Shown: positions 10,501 through 19,750, numbered from the stretch's first letter. The stretch is 64,000 bases of DNA from Gemmatimonadota bacterium (GCA_039588295.1 JBDHAB010000006.1:18358-82357); one strand, 5' to 3'. The notes: generated from the letters alone by a model not told the origin. Program-made: numbers and translations.

Positions 10501-11420
10501 ATGCCGTGCGCAACGTCCAGGCCTCGACGTGCAACGTCAGTGGCGCCAGCGGCGGTGGTGCAGCCATCGTGCTCTCACACAGCACGCCGACCGACGACGT
10601 CGCGGAGATTCGTCGCAACCGAATCACCGATGTGAAGACGCACGGGATTGTGCTGGCTCGCGACTTCAACGATTCGGTCGTCGTGATCGTCGACAGCAAC
10701 ACAGTGAAGCGTGCCGACAGTGTCGGCATCTGGATCGCCGACTACAGCAGCGCGTTGATCCGCTATAACGCGATCGACAGCGCCATGCACGACGCGGTGC
10801 AGACGTCCCGCTTCAACTCGACTGGAACGACCGGCAGCGTCATTCTCAACCAGAACAATTTCACCAACTCTGGGCGTTACGGCGTCAGGAACACGGTGAC
10901 CTGGGAGTGGATTGACGCCACCAACAACTGGTGGAACGACCCAAACGGACCCAGCGGCTTCTACGGTGATTCGTCCCGTACCTCCATCGGAGATTCCGTC
11001 TCGAACTTCGTGATCTGGTCGCCAGTGCTGACATCCCCCGCCAACACGCCGGCACCGGCAGCACCGCTCGGCGCGCCGAGGCTGATGGCGACGGCAGGCA
11101 ACGCCGCTCGCGCGGCGGCACCACCCGACGTCCCAGCGCCAGGTGCCGGGGCTCAGGTCCCAATACTTCCAAGGGATCTGGCACCGAGAGTACCGCAGAT
11201 GCCGTCCGTGCTGGAGCGACAGCCGCGAGTGCTCCTCGGAGCCCCGGCACCGTGGCTCGAGCGCCTCCTCGAGCGCGATCGCCAACTGGACGACCGTCTT
11301 GGGGCTTTGCGTGAGCGGCGACGGGCGCGCCTCCTCGAGCGAGCGAAGTCCATCGAGGCGTTCGAACGGCAGCGGCCTCCCACGGGAGGTCCAGGCCGCC
11401 CCGAGGGGGGCGCCCGATGA
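7560..11420 (+). CDS. Giant secreted protein: signal peptide, cohesin-like domain, tandem dockerin-like Ca-binding repeats, Big_2, right-handed parallel beta-helix (PbH1 repeats), Pro/Ala-rich linker and basic coiled-coil tail
   Basis: Cohesin-like N-terminus (GASSIIGKDFDLPLVVDM...FSVSLRWDPAVLQL); dockerin-like GDVDPDGVVDSRDGLIALMESVGL / ADVDADGNVDPRDALVILSYGIGL; Big_2 (VGLVTALAPGSTVIAAL); many beta-helix turns; C-terminal LERLLERDRQLDDRLGALRERRRARLLERAK. Confidence 0.7.
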   Translation: MNVRRAVTTTAMSGIRLLLAGALVLGGLSGRARAQAIPVTVGAGASSIIGKDFDLPLVVDMSARSDKLGSFSVSLRWDPAVLQLITGQDGTFGPVETNEDSVANGLLLIAGANPAGVGGLVTLGVGRFRPLASDTTTFQITVHELYAAGTFADLTPDVVVVTNQYCPGRGRYGDVDPDGVVDSRDGLIALMESVGLDVSAYDIDLADVDADGNVDPRDALVILSYGIGLDVSGFRVFTIAPGGICAPAGGLTYTMTPGDVSVLVDQGVQYVPTAVDSAGSPVAIVGLSWTTTDAAVATVDSVGLVTALAPGSTVIAALQDSSVVGTVTVTVVASRGTHWVDALAAGALNRIGSRVLPFDDVASALAVAGASDTIRILPGRYEENITITQPQVVLGDTVGGGVAPLIAATGPFTTGIDITAPGRVELRNLRLDTLWIGVQVFSADTVLVKDVEFRAVGSNSFASIHVDTVTALIVEGSRFFGDATPFGNNAINVLGGAGLVRVDSSLIADFGDYGIELFNVDSLSMRGNVVRDNYGYGVYTWSSDSTRAIAASLVGNRFERNGFGQLYLGMVRSAAFDHNVLLTSSGGSQGLFVGGFTQTVASLLGDSIVARQADWLWMDAFDSLHVDSVSVQQQEYGGGYLYQGRAVVVRNSTFTGFPNFEAAIDFGASVVSGATMTLRNLSFSGPDSSVCNRCAYGALWTNVSVDADSITGVNLYTLLRQLSGSLVARNLDITDASAGIRSRFCGGPVRVSNMTGLDVETGIHAEACTGQDSLVVDSVDFARGTYGVYSSAIPVVVTNSSFTDYQYGIYHFDSTLVATDNHIVRPRNYGIYADFNGSGGSISALRNAVTCDAFGAVTALGIEVFDGPSQIVQDTITGCQVGIEAGDFATGVPVSSEIRDNVVATPGSANAWGIRNWGYYDASQVVGNTVTGLAARGAIVVASSWLGAPAPRADVDSNTVDGALCIGIQTFYADTLMIRDNAVRNVQASTCNVSGASGGGAAIVLSHSTPTDDVAEIRRNRITDVKTHGIVLARDFNDSVVVIVDSNTVKRADSVGIWIADYSSALIRYNAIDSAMHDAVQTSRFNSTGTTGSVILNQNNFTNSGRYGVRNTVTWEWIDATNNWWNDPNGPSGFYGDSSRTSIGDSVSNFVIWSPVLTSPANTPAPAAPLGAPRLMATAGNAARAAAPPDVPAPGAGAQVPILPRDLAPRVPQMPSVLERQPRVLLGAPAPWLERLLERDRQLDDRLGALRERRRARLLERAKSIEAFERQRPPTGGPGRPEGGAR

Positions 11421-13237
11421 GGTATCTGCGACTGATCTGTCTCGTGGGTCTCATCGGCGCGGTCAGTAGGCCGGTTCGGGCGCAGACGGTGGATCTGTAC
11501 GTCGGCGGGTTAGACTCGCTCGTCGTCCTCACCGGGGATACGGCGAGCGCCGAGCTGTGGGTGAGCAACATCCCGTTCAGCGTCGGTGTCTCGCAGTATT
11601 CCATTGACCTGCTGCTCGACAGCAGCAGGGTCCGGGTGGTCTCGGTTGATTCACTCCCCGGTGAGAACTTGCCCATCCCGACCGTCACATGGCTGTCGTC
11701 CCAGCGCGTGCGCCTCTCGGGGAGCGGCACGGGCACGGCGGTGACCAATGTCAGACTTGGCGTCGTGACGTTCGAGATCGACCCGCTCGCGCAGGAAGGC
11801 TCGTTGGTGAGTTTCGCGGTTAACTCACTGCTGGACCAGGCCGGCGCGAGTCTCCTGCCAAGCCACCGAACGGATCTACTCGACGTGTGTCAGGCGAATC
11901 GGCTGTACGGAGACGTGGATGTGAATCGGGTGGTGAACAGCCGCGATGCGCTGATCACGCTCACGTCGGCCGTTGGGATCGCTGTGGGAGCTCCCTTCGA
12001 GGTACAGTGGGGTGATGTTGATCTCGACCTCCAGGTGACCTCGCGTGACGCGCTGTTCATCTTGAGCGCCGGTGTAGGTCTCTCGGTTCCGTTCGGTGTC
12101 GTGGTGACCGAGCCGATACCCAATCGCTGCGCACCCCTGGAACCAGCCTCGGCGGACCTGGCGTTCTACCGCGGCAGCGAACTGCACGTGATCGATCAGG
12201 GTGACTCGACTCCCCGACCCGTAAGTATGGACCCGTTGGCCCAGAGCTCCTACCGGGTCAGCTGGGCGCCCGACGGTACGCGAGTCGCCTATACCGGGTG
12301 GACCACGGCTGGGTTCGACTATGAGATCATCGCCGCCGATCGCGACGGGTCGAACCCGGACACGCTCACACGGAGTGCCAGCCGTGATTTCTCACCCGCG
12401 TGGTCCCCGGACGGCACCCAGATTGCGTTTCGCTCGATTTTCCGCAGTCCCAGTGGGATCTACGTCATGGACGCGGACGGGGGCAACCAAGTGCACATTG
12501 CCGGCACCGACACGCTGACCGTCGGCAACGATATCGCGTGGAGCCCCGACGGTGCCATGATCGCGTTTGTGGCCTATGGTTCGGCTACTCCCGGTGGCCC
12601 GTTCCACCCCTGGACGGCTGACCTCGCGGGTCAGACGCTGCAGCCGGTCCCGGCGACGACGATCCAGCACGCCGAGAGTCCGTCCTGGTCGTCGGCCAGC
12701 GACTCGCTCGTGTTCTATAGCTCGTTGGACGCTGGCCGCTTGTACGTGATGGCCGTTCCGGATACTGCGGGGGTACCGGCCGCTTCGCTGCTCTTGGTTC
12801 AGCATTACCCCTGGTGGGCGCCGAACGGCATCGCGTTCCAATCCCAGCGCTTGTGGCCGTACCGGCTCTACCTGCGGCGAGCCTCCGATGGTCGCCATTT
12901 TCGACTCACGCGCGGGTCGGGCGGCAACGACATCCGTGTGACGATGCGAGACCCGAATCTGGTCTATGTCGACGTCGTCTCGGTCGTGCCGGCGAGTGGC
13001 ACGATACCCGCCGGCGCTCCGCTGCCGCTCACGGCAACAGTGACGAACAGCGACCTGACCGTGAATGCCACCGTACCCCTCAGGTGGATCAGCCGCGATC
13101 CGACCATTGCCACAGTGGCACCGACGGGGACACGGACGGCCGACGTGTCCGGTGTCGGAACATCGGGGCAGAGCACGTGGATCGTCGTGACCGCTGGGGG
13201 CTGGCGCAGTGACAGCTCGCAGGTGACGGTGCAATGA
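11417..13237 (+). CDS. Secreted protein: cohesin-like domain, dockerin-like repeats, TolB-like (PD40/WD40-like) beta-propeller, C-terminal Big_2
   Basis: Signal peptide; GDVDVNRVVNSRDALITL / GDVDLDLQVTSRDALFILSAGVG; repeated WAPDGTRVAY / WSPDGTQIAFRS / WSPDGAMIAFVA propeller blades; ATGA overlap with the upstream gene. Confidence 0.7.
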   Translation: MRYLRLICLVGLIGAVSRPVRAQTVDLYVGGLDSLVVLTGDTASAELWVSNIPFSVGVSQYSIDLLLDSSRVRVVSVDSLPGENLPIPTVTWLSSQRVRLSGSGTGTAVTNVRLGVVTFEIDPLAQEGSLVSFAVNSLLDQAGASLLPSHRTDLLDVCQANRLYGDVDVNRVVNSRDALITLTSAVGIAVGAPFEVQWGDVDLDLQVTSRDALFILSAGVGLSVPFGVVVTEPIPNRCAPLEPASADLAFYRGSELHVIDQGDSTPRPVSMDPLAQSSYRVSWAPDGTRVAYTGWTTAGFDYEIIAADRDGSNPDTLTRSASRDFSPAWSPDGTQIAFRSIFRSPSGIYVMDADGGNQVHIAGTDTLTVGNDIAWSPDGAMIAFVAYGSATPGGPFHPWTADLAGQTLQPVPATTIQHAESPSWSSASDSLVFYSSLDAGRLYVMAVPDTAGVPAASLLLVQHYPWWAPNGIAFQSQRLWPYRLYLRRASDGRHFRLTRGSGGNDIRVTMRDPNLVYVDVVSVVPASGTIPAGAPLPLTATVTNSDLTVNATVPLRWISRDPTIATVAPTGTRTADVSGVGTSGQSTWIVVTAGGWRSDSSQVTVQ

Positions 13238-16200
13238 AGCGCCATCTGATGCACGGTTTGGCGGCGCTGTCGATTGCCGTGCCGCTCCACGCTCAGACGG
13301 TCGTCGTGGGTGTCGGCGGCGAGTTGAGCGCCAACCTGTTCGAGGATGTGAACGTTCCGGTCTTCGCGGATATGCGTGGTATACCCGGCGAGAGGCTTGG
13401 GAGCTACACCGTTCGGGTGAGTTGGGATCCGGCTGTTCTCAGCTACCTCGGGGTGGCCCCTGGGACCTTCGCCGCTCCGGTTGTTCGTACCGACAGCGTG
13501 TTCGGCGGGATCGTGTACGTCACCGCCGTATCGGTGGTTGGCCGGGATTCGGTCGTCGATCTATTCAACCTGGAGCTCTACTTCCACACAACGGGCACGA
13601 GTGCCATCGATATCCAGGTCACGGAGCTCTCCGGTATCGGACCGTCGTTCACCGACTTCGTCGCGGCCGCCGCCGTGTCGACGGTGAGCGGCACGTTCTG
13701 TCCGGCCGGCGGCAGGTGGGGCGACCTCGATGCAGACGGATTCGCCAATAGCCGAGACGCGCTGGCGATTCTCACGAGCGTGGTCCAACTCCCCGTGAGC
13801 CCGGCATTCGACCTTGCGCTCGGAGACGTGGATGGCGACGGGAAGGTCGACACGCGCGACGCGCTCATTCTGTTGTCCTACGCGGTGGGAATTGATATCG
13901 CCGGACAGCGGGTACTGCTCGTGGTGCCTGGTGCATGCGGCACCGGTAACACACCGTTGATCGTGATTGTCCCGGACACCGCCGACCTCGTCGGGGGCCA
14001 GTCCGTGCGCCTGCACGCCTTGATTAGTGACTCTTCGGGTAACTCGACGCTCGCCGCAGGCGTGAACTGGCAGGTCGCGGATCCCAGCGTGGCCACGGTC
14101 GATACTGCCGGTCTGCTCACCGTCCGCGACAGCGGGACGACCACAGTCACCGCCGCCTTGGGACCGGGCATTCGGGCCACGGCGACCGTGATCGGCCGGC
14201 TTCGTCGGCCCGTGTGGTATGTGGATGCCACGACCGCGACGCGGCAGACCGTTCAGATGGGCACGCAACAGTGGCCCTTCTCCACGCCGGAGCTGGTCTT
14301 CCCGCACCTGAGCGAGGGCGACACCGTCATGATCGCCCCGGGTGTCCACGACTACGCTGATACGACGTTCAATTGGATCGACGTTGGCGCCGTGTTCATC
14401 GGCGATACCAGCGGCGGGGTCGCGCGGCCCGTCCTTCGGGCTCGAGAGGCAGACTTCGTGGACGCGTTCCCATGGTCGGGTGGCGTGCGCGGGGAGTTGC
14501 GGAATCTCGTGCTCAAGGGCTTCTACTACGGCGTGGACATGAGCGGGCTCAAGTCCCTGGTGATGGACAACGTCAGGATCGAGGCGCCGCGCACGGGCTG
14601 GGGCTACGGACTCTTGGTCGACCAACCCGCCGATACGATCACGGTCATGCGAAGCGAGCTGGTGGGTGACTCGGCGTTTGGCGGGATCGGCATCTACGTG
14701 AGCCAAGGTGCCGAACTCTTCAACCTGCATGACTCACGGGTCATCCAGTGGGGTGGTGAGGGACTCTGGGGGTATGACGTGGATTCCCTCGATGTGCTAC
14801 GGAGCGAGATAAGCCACAACTCCAGTGAGGGCATTTTCCTGTTGACATCGAGCAGTCCCAGCGTGAGCGCTCGAATCTCGCAGAGTCGCTTCGAGAGCAA
14901 TTACTCGGAGACGATCTACATCGGTGGCGCGCGCACGGTGGCGCTGGACCACAACTATCTCTTCGTCGATGACGGTGACGCCATCGACGTCTTTGGCCCC
15001 AGCGATCCGCTCGGAAGGGCAGCCGGGGTCAAGTTCTCCTCGCTCGGTGACTCGCTCGAGTTCCGTGCCGACGACTACGATTGGCTCGATGTGTCCGACA
15101 TGGATAGCGTGATCATCGATTCCCTGTGGTTCGAGAACCCTGCGGACACGGCGATCTATCAGTACGGCTGGATCCGGGCCAACTCCGCGGTGATCACGAA
15201 CTCCGAGCTACTCAATCTGTGGCAAGAAGGAATCGACTTCAACGGCCGGTCGTTGGCAGTGGACAATACAACCTTCACGGGGTGTCAGAATCCCACAGAT
15301 TGCGATTGGCTCGACGTCACCGCGATCGACGCCTGGTCCGGCACCGACTCCGGACCGGCTGTCACCATCGCCAACTCGTCGTTTTGGAACGTCTGGTACG
15401 CGCTGAGGACAACTTCCTCGAACGACAGCGCGGGGCCCACCATCCTTCAGAACAACATGGTCGATAGTGCGTCGTACGCGTTCCAGGTCAACGGCGACAG
15501 CGTCGTGATCACAGACAACGATCTGAGTCGGATTCAGTACTACGGTGTTTGGGACGACCGGTCTGGTGCTAACAAGCCACCCGAGTTCGCCACAATCGCG
15601 CGGAACCGAATCACCTGCGCCATCACGGCGGCGGCCTCGTATGGAATCGTTCATGCCAACGCGCCAGCGCGGATCGAAGCCAACACGGTCAACGACTGTG
15701 ATTACGGAATCTGGGTGGACAACTCGACCGTGTATCCGCTCCAGACGATCGAGATCGTCCAAGACACGATCAACATGGACGTGGGGGGCACAGGCATCTA
15801 TGGCATCTACCTCACGAATCGGTGGCTTGCGACCGTGTCGCACAATCGGATCCGTAACGCCGGCATCTACGGGGTGTACTTGACGCCGAATATTCTCGTT
15901 GGTGACGCTGCCGCGATGACTGTGGACAGCAATGCGGTGTCGGGCTCCGGCTCCATCGGGATCTATCTCACGCCGTCTGATTCGATGGATGTCGTCGGTC
16001 GGTGGAACAACATCGCGAACAATGCGGTCGACGGCGTCCAGTCGGCTGGCACGGGAGTCCGCAGCTTCACACTGGGTCGTTTCGTGGGGAATGGCCGGTA
16101 CGGGGTGTACAATCTTGGCTTGCAGACCTTCGATGCGACACAGAACTGGTGGGGGGATCCGGCCGGCGTCGGCGGTCCGGGAGCGGACACCGTGTTTGGA

Positions 16201-16515
16201 GCGGTCGATCCCAGCAACCCGCTGGCGTCCGATCCGACTGGGACGGTGCCACCGTTGGTGCCCCCTGCAAGCGGACTCGTGGCGAACATCCCGCAAGCGA
16301 CTGATGCTCTGCGCCCTGCACCGCAGGTAACCCGTGCCGCTCACGATGAAGCTGCAGTACGGAAGGCGCAACGCATCGAGCGAATGAAACTGCGTGACGC
16401 GCAACGGGCTGCAAAGGAAGCGGAGAAACTCCGCCGACAACAGGAGCTCGGGCGCGAGAGGCAGGCGATCTCGCAGCGGCGCGTCGTCAAGTCCGGGGAG
16501 TCGCCCATGCAGTAA
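13234..16515 (+). CDS. Giant secreted protein, paralogue of 7560-11420: cohesin-like, dockerin-like, Big_2, parallel beta-helix, Lys/Arg-rich coiled-coil C-terminus
   Basis: Signal peptide LHAQT; GDLDADGFANSRDALAILTSVVQL / GDVDGDGKVDTRDALILLSYAVGI; Big_2; PbH1 repeats; C-terminal AAVRKAQRIERMKLRDAQRAAKEAEKLRRQQELGRERQ; ATGA overlap upstream. Confidence 0.7.
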   Translation: MKRHLMHGLAALSIAVPLHAQTVVVGVGGELSANLFEDVNVPVFADMRGIPGERLGSYTVRVSWDPAVLSYLGVAPGTFAAPVVRTDSVFGGIVYVTAVSVVGRDSVVDLFNLELYFHTTGTSAIDIQVTELSGIGPSFTDFVAAAAVSTVSGTFCPAGGRWGDLDADGFANSRDALAILTSVVQLPVSPAFDLALGDVDGDGKVDTRDALILLSYAVGIDIAGQRVLLVVPGACGTGNTPLIVIVPDTADLVGGQSVRLHALISDSSGNSTLAAGVNWQVADPSVATVDTAGLLTVRDSGTTTVTAALGPGIRATATVIGRLRRPVWYVDATTATRQTVQMGTQQWPFSTPELVFPHLSEGDTVMIAPGVHDYADTTFNWIDVGAVFIGDTSGGVARPVLRAREADFVDAFPWSGGVRGELRNLVLKGFYYGVDMSGLKSLVMDNVRIEAPRTGWGYGLLVDQPADTITVMRSELVGDSAFGGIGIYVSQGAELFNLHDSRVIQWGGEGLWGYDVDSLDVLRSEISHNSSEGIFLLTSSSPSVSARISQSRFESNYSETIYIGGARTVALDHNYLFVDDGDAIDVFGPSDPLGRAAGVKFSSLGDSLEFRADDYDWLDVSDMDSVIIDSLWFENPADTAIYQYGWIRANSAVITNSELLNLWQEGIDFNGRSLAVDNTTFTGCQNPTDCDWLDVTAIDAWSGTDSGPAVTIANSSFWNVWYALRTTSSNDSAGPTILQNNMVDSASYAFQVNGDSVVITDNDLSRIQYYGVWDDRSGANKPPEFATIARNRITCAITAAASYGIVHANAPARIEANTVNDCDYGIWVDNSTVYPLQTIEIVQDTINMDVGGTGIYGIYLTNRWLATVSHNRIRNAGIYGVYLTPNILVGDAAAMTVDSNAVSGSGSIGIYLTPSDSMDVVGRWNNIANNAVDGVQSAGTGVRSFTLGRFVGNGRYGVYNLGLQTFDATQNWWGDPAGVGGPGADTVFGAVDPSNPLASDPTGTVPPLVPPASGLVANIPQATDALRPAPQVTRAAHDEAAVRKAQRIERMKLRDAQRAAKEAEKLRRQQELGRERQAISQRRVVKSGESPMQ

Positions 16516-16546
16516 GTGGAGTCATGGGCCAAGAGTACGAACGGTA

Positions 16547-16577
16547 GCGCCCGGCGGATTCAGCGTCCGCCGGGCGC
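16547..16577. terminator. Perfect 12-bp GC hairpin (GCGCCCGGCGGA / TCCGCCGGGCGC, 7-nt loop) between convergent genes; candidate bidirectional terminator without a U-tract
   Basis: Inverted repeat read directly from the sequence; sits between the stop at 16515 (+) and the stop at 16609 (-). Confidence 0.4.
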
Positions 16578-16608
16578 CTGCCGTTACAACCGGTTCAGCT
16601 TGGGCCGG

Positions 16609-17745
16609 TCAGGCCATTGGAGCCGTCGCTCTCCTCGGGCACGGCGGCAACGCTGCCTCGGCGGCGACAAAGTCGCTCGGCATGCTCTCCAGACACTCCA
16701 GGGGGTCGCAACAGGTGTGACACACCCGCTTGAACCCGCGGAAACCCAGAAGCTGCACTTGTGGTGCGAGGAACGCTGGCTTGGCGGGCTCCTGGGCAAG
16801 CAGGTCGGTGCTCAAGTACTTCTTGTTGTCATCGCAGAACACGGTGACGACCACGGCCTCCGATCCCATTTCGTTCTGGACACGGAGGGCGCCGAGAAAG
16901 TTCGCCCCGGAGGAAATCCCCACGCCGAGCCCCAGCTCGGTCGCGAGCTTCTGCGCCATCAGAATCGCGTCGCCATCATCCACGTCGACGACAGCATCGA
17001 GGAAATCCAGATCCACAATGGGCGGAATGAACTCATCGGAGATCCCCTGGATTCGGTGTCTACCCACGCGGTGGCCTGTTGAAAGCGTCGGGGAGCTGGC
17101 GGGTTCCAACGGGTGCAGTTTCACATCGGGGTGGCGAGCGCGGAGGAACTGACCGACACCCATGATCGTGCCACCCGTACCGACACCCGCGACGAAGGCA
17201 TCCGGAAACGCGTCGCGAAACCTGAGTTGCCACCAGATTTCCGGCCCCGTCGCCTGGGCGTGTGCCTCGATGTTGTCACGGTTTGAGAACTGCCGTGGCA
17301 GGAACGCGTGGTCCGACTGGGCCGCCAGCTGCTCGGCCCGCTCGATGCTGCCGAGGAAGCCACCTTCCTCCTTACTCACCAGCTGAATGTCAGCCCCCAG
17401 GCTCCGGATCAGATTGATACGTTCGGCGCTCATCCAATCCGGCATGAAGATGGTAACCGGGTGGCCCATGGCCCGCCCGATTGCCGCAATGGAAATCCCG
17501 GTGTTGCCGCTGGTCGCCTCCACGAGACGATCGCCTGGCTGAAGCGCACCCGTGGAATAGCCCTGTTGCAGAATGAACAGCGCCATGCGGTCCTTGATGC
17601 TCCCGGTCATGTTGATGTGCTCGGCCTTGGCATAGATCACGCGCGGCTTGCCACGAACGGTGAAGTCAACGGCGAGCAGCGGTGTATTGCCCACCAGACA
17701 CTTCAATCCACGGATGCGGCGTTCGAGATCCCGACTGGCCTCCAT
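16609..17745 (-). CDS. cysK: Cysteine synthase (PLP-dependent, CysK/CysM family) with an unusual ~70-aa Cys-rich C-terminal extension
   Basis: Lys-PLP region NTPLL...[26 protein letters not shown] and [10 protein letters not shown] motifs; start at the internal Met (MEASRD) preferred; tail ...[15 protein letters not shown]...PPCPRR. Confidence 0.8.
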   Translation of the reverse strand: MEASRDLERRIRGLKCLVGNTPLLAVDFTVRGKPRVIYAKAEHINMTGSIKDRMALFILQQGYSTGALQPGDRLVEATSGNTGISIAAIGRAMGHPVTIFMPDWMSAERINLIRSLGADIQLVSKEEGGFLGSIERAEQLAAQSDHAFLPRQFSNRDNIEAHAQATGPEIWWQLRFRDAFPDAFVAGVGTGGTIMGVGQFLRARHPDVKLHPLEPASSPTLSTGHRVGRHRIQGISDEFIPPIVDLDFLDAVVDVDDGDAILMAQKLATELGLGVGISSGANFLGALRVQNEMGSEAVVVTVFCDDNKKYLSTDLLAQEPAKPAFLAPQVQLLGFRGFKRVCHTCCDPLECLESMPSDFVAAEAALPPCPRRATAPMA

Positions 17746-17908
17746 GGTCCCCTCACACGACGGATCGAATGGTATCCTCCCAAAGCACCCGCGAGTACCG
17801 AAGTGGAGTTTACGGGTCCAGGCTGCAGTCGGCAATCGGACCCGACGGGAGCCGGTTGTCGACCCCCGCAAGCCGGTTAGCTTCGGGTGTGTGGTAAGAG
17901 GATTGCGC

Positions 17909-19195
17909 ATGGAGTTCGTCAGCACAGCCGGGGAGTCAACGCCAACCGATCTGCGATCGGCACTGATTCGCGGACTGGCGCCGGACGGCGGTCTCTACCT
18001 ACCCGCTGCGCTCGAGCCCCTTTCCGCCCACAGCGTTGCCGATCTGCGGGGGTGTTCGCTGCAAGAAGCCGCGGTCGGGCTGGCGCCCCGGCTCTTCGGA
18101 ACCGCTGACCCGGCGACACGGCTCGGCCAGAACCTCAGAGACGCGCTGAGCTTCCCGATTCCTCTGGTACCGTTAGAGGAGCGGATCTTCGTCCTCGAGG
18201 TGTTTCATGGCCCGACGCTCGCATTCAAGGACGTCGGTGCGCGGTGCATGGCGAGGCTCATGGCGACGCTGCACGACCAGACGGAGCCTCTCACGGTTCT
18301 CACCGCCACGTCGGGTGACACCGGCGGAGCCGTTGCGCATGCGTTTCACGGGCTTCCAAACACGCGCGTCGTTGTGCTGTATCCGGAAGGTCGGGTCAGT
18401 GCGTTCCAGGAGCGCCAGTTCACGACACTGGGTGGCAACGTCCGTCCAGTGGCCGTGTCAGGAACGTTCGACGATTGCCAACGGCTCGTGAAGCGCGCGC
18501 TCGAGCATGAGCGGTCGCGAGCCGGGCGTCTCCTGACCTCCGCGAACTCCGTCAACATCGGTCGCCTCCTGCCGCAAGTCTTCTACTACGCCTACGCGTG
18601 GGCGCAGCTGCCTGCGTCACACGCGCCGCTCCTGGTGTCCGTGCCATCCGGCAATTTCGGGAACCTCACGGCCGGACTGATCGCCAAGCGGTTGGGAATT
18701 CCGATTGATGTCTTTGTGGCCGCCACGAATGCAAACGATGTTGTGCCCCAATTCCTGCGCACGGGCGACTTCAACCCGCGGCCGTCGATGCGCACGATCT
18801 CCAGTGCCATGGATGTGGGGAACCCTAGCAACGTCGACCGCATGTTGGCTTTGTACGAGCATGATCTAACCGCACTGCGCCGCGACGTGGTGGGCCGGTC
18901 CTCCAGTGACGCGGAGACCCGCGATTGCATCGCCGAGGTCTTCGGGCGCACCGGCTACGTACTCGATCCTCACTCGGCAGTGGGCTATCTCGGGCTCGAA
19001 GCGGAACTGGCGAGTCGTCGGGATGCCGTGGGGCTCCTGCTCGCGACGGCGCATCCTTCCAAGTTCGCCGATATCGTGGAGCCATTGATCGAACATCACG
19101 TTCCACCGCCGCCGTGGTACACGGTGCCCGCCCGCCCGTCTGGCGACGTGATCCGCATCGGTCCGTCATTGGAGGCCCTGATCCCACTGCTCTAG
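17909..19195 (+). CDS. thrC: Threonine synthase
   Basis: [14 protein letters not shown] (PLP lysine region) and [10 protein letters not shown] motifs; start at the internal ATG at 17909 (the N-terminus of the track ORF overlaps cysK). Confidence 0.85.
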   Translation: MEFVSTAGESTPTDLRSALIRGLAPDGGLYLPAALEPLSAHSVADLRGCSLQEAAVGLAPRLFGTADPATRLGQNLRDALSFPIPLVPLEERIFVLEVFHGPTLAFKDVGARCMARLMATLHDQTEPLTVLTATSGDTGGAVAHAFHGLPNTRVVVLYPEGRVSAFQERQFTTLGGNVRPVAVSGTFDDCQRLVKRALEHERSRAGRLLTSANSVNIGRLLPQVFYYAYAWAQLPASHAPLLVSVPSGNFGNLTAGLIAKRLGIPIDVFVAATNANDVVPQFLRTGDFNPRPSMRTISSAMDVGNPSNVDRMLALYEHDLTALRRDVVGRSSSDAETRDCIAEVFGRTGYVLDPHSAVGYLGLEAELASRRDAVGLLLATAHPSKFADIVEPLIEHHVPPPPWYTVPARPSGDVIRIGPSLEALIPLL

Positions 19196-19330
19196 GGCCA
19201 GCTCGCATACCCGAAACAGACGCTCCCGAACGCGAGAAGACTTTCAGTTTGACGCTCGTCGTTACTCCCGGAGGGGTTCGGCCGTCTCTCTGTTGAAGCG
19301 AACGAGACGGAAACCACGGGAGGGGACATA

Positions 19331-19750
19331 ATGAGGAAGCACACCTTGACCCTGGCTGCGCTGGCGCTCGCGTTGCCGGCGCCGATCGCGGCGCAGCAGC
19401 AGCAGCAGCAACTTCGCCAACAGCAGGAACAGCAGCTTCAGCAGCAGGAGCAGCTCCACCGGATGCAGCAGCAGATGGAACGGGTCATGAGCCAAGTGCG
19501 GCAGCTCAATCAGCAGATGGTTCAACAGCGGGTGCGCCAGGAGTTTCGACAGATGGGGCAGCAGATGGAACAGGCGGGCGCCCGTCTCCGCGAGATGGTG
19601 CGAAATATCGAACAGCTTCGGCAAGATCCGGCATTTGCCCAAGTCCAGAATCGCGGCGCGGACTTCGAGCAGCTACGGATCCGGATCCGCAACATGGTAC
19701 GTGAGATGGATCAGGCACAGCAGGCGTTGAGGAAGCTCGTTGGTCAATAA
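19331..19750 (+). CDS. Small secreted Gln-rich coiled-coil protein
   Basis: Signal peptide ALALPAPIAAQ followed by QQQQQQLRQQQEQQLQQQEQL...; GGGAGGGG RBS upstream; CAG-repeat coding. Confidence 0.55.
   Translation: MRKHTLTLAALALALPAPIAAQQQQQQLRQQQEQQLQQQEQLHRMQQQMERVMSQVRQLNQQMVQQRVRQEFRQMGQQMEQAGARLREMVRNIEQLRQDPAFAQVQNRGADFEQLRIRIRNMVREMDQAQQALRKLVGQ
19394..19460 (+). repeat. CAG/CAA trinucleotide (polyglutamine-coding) tract
   Basis: gcagcagcagcagcagcaacttcgccaacagcaggaacagcagcttcagcagcaggagcag read directly. Confidence 0.6.

Noticed and set aside
16516-17082. Plus-strand ORF 16516..17082 opposite the cysK C-terminal extension
   Set aside because: No domain; overlaps cysK, whose frame shows the conserved PLP-enzyme motifs. 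Kept only as a caveat that the cysK extension needs confirmation.
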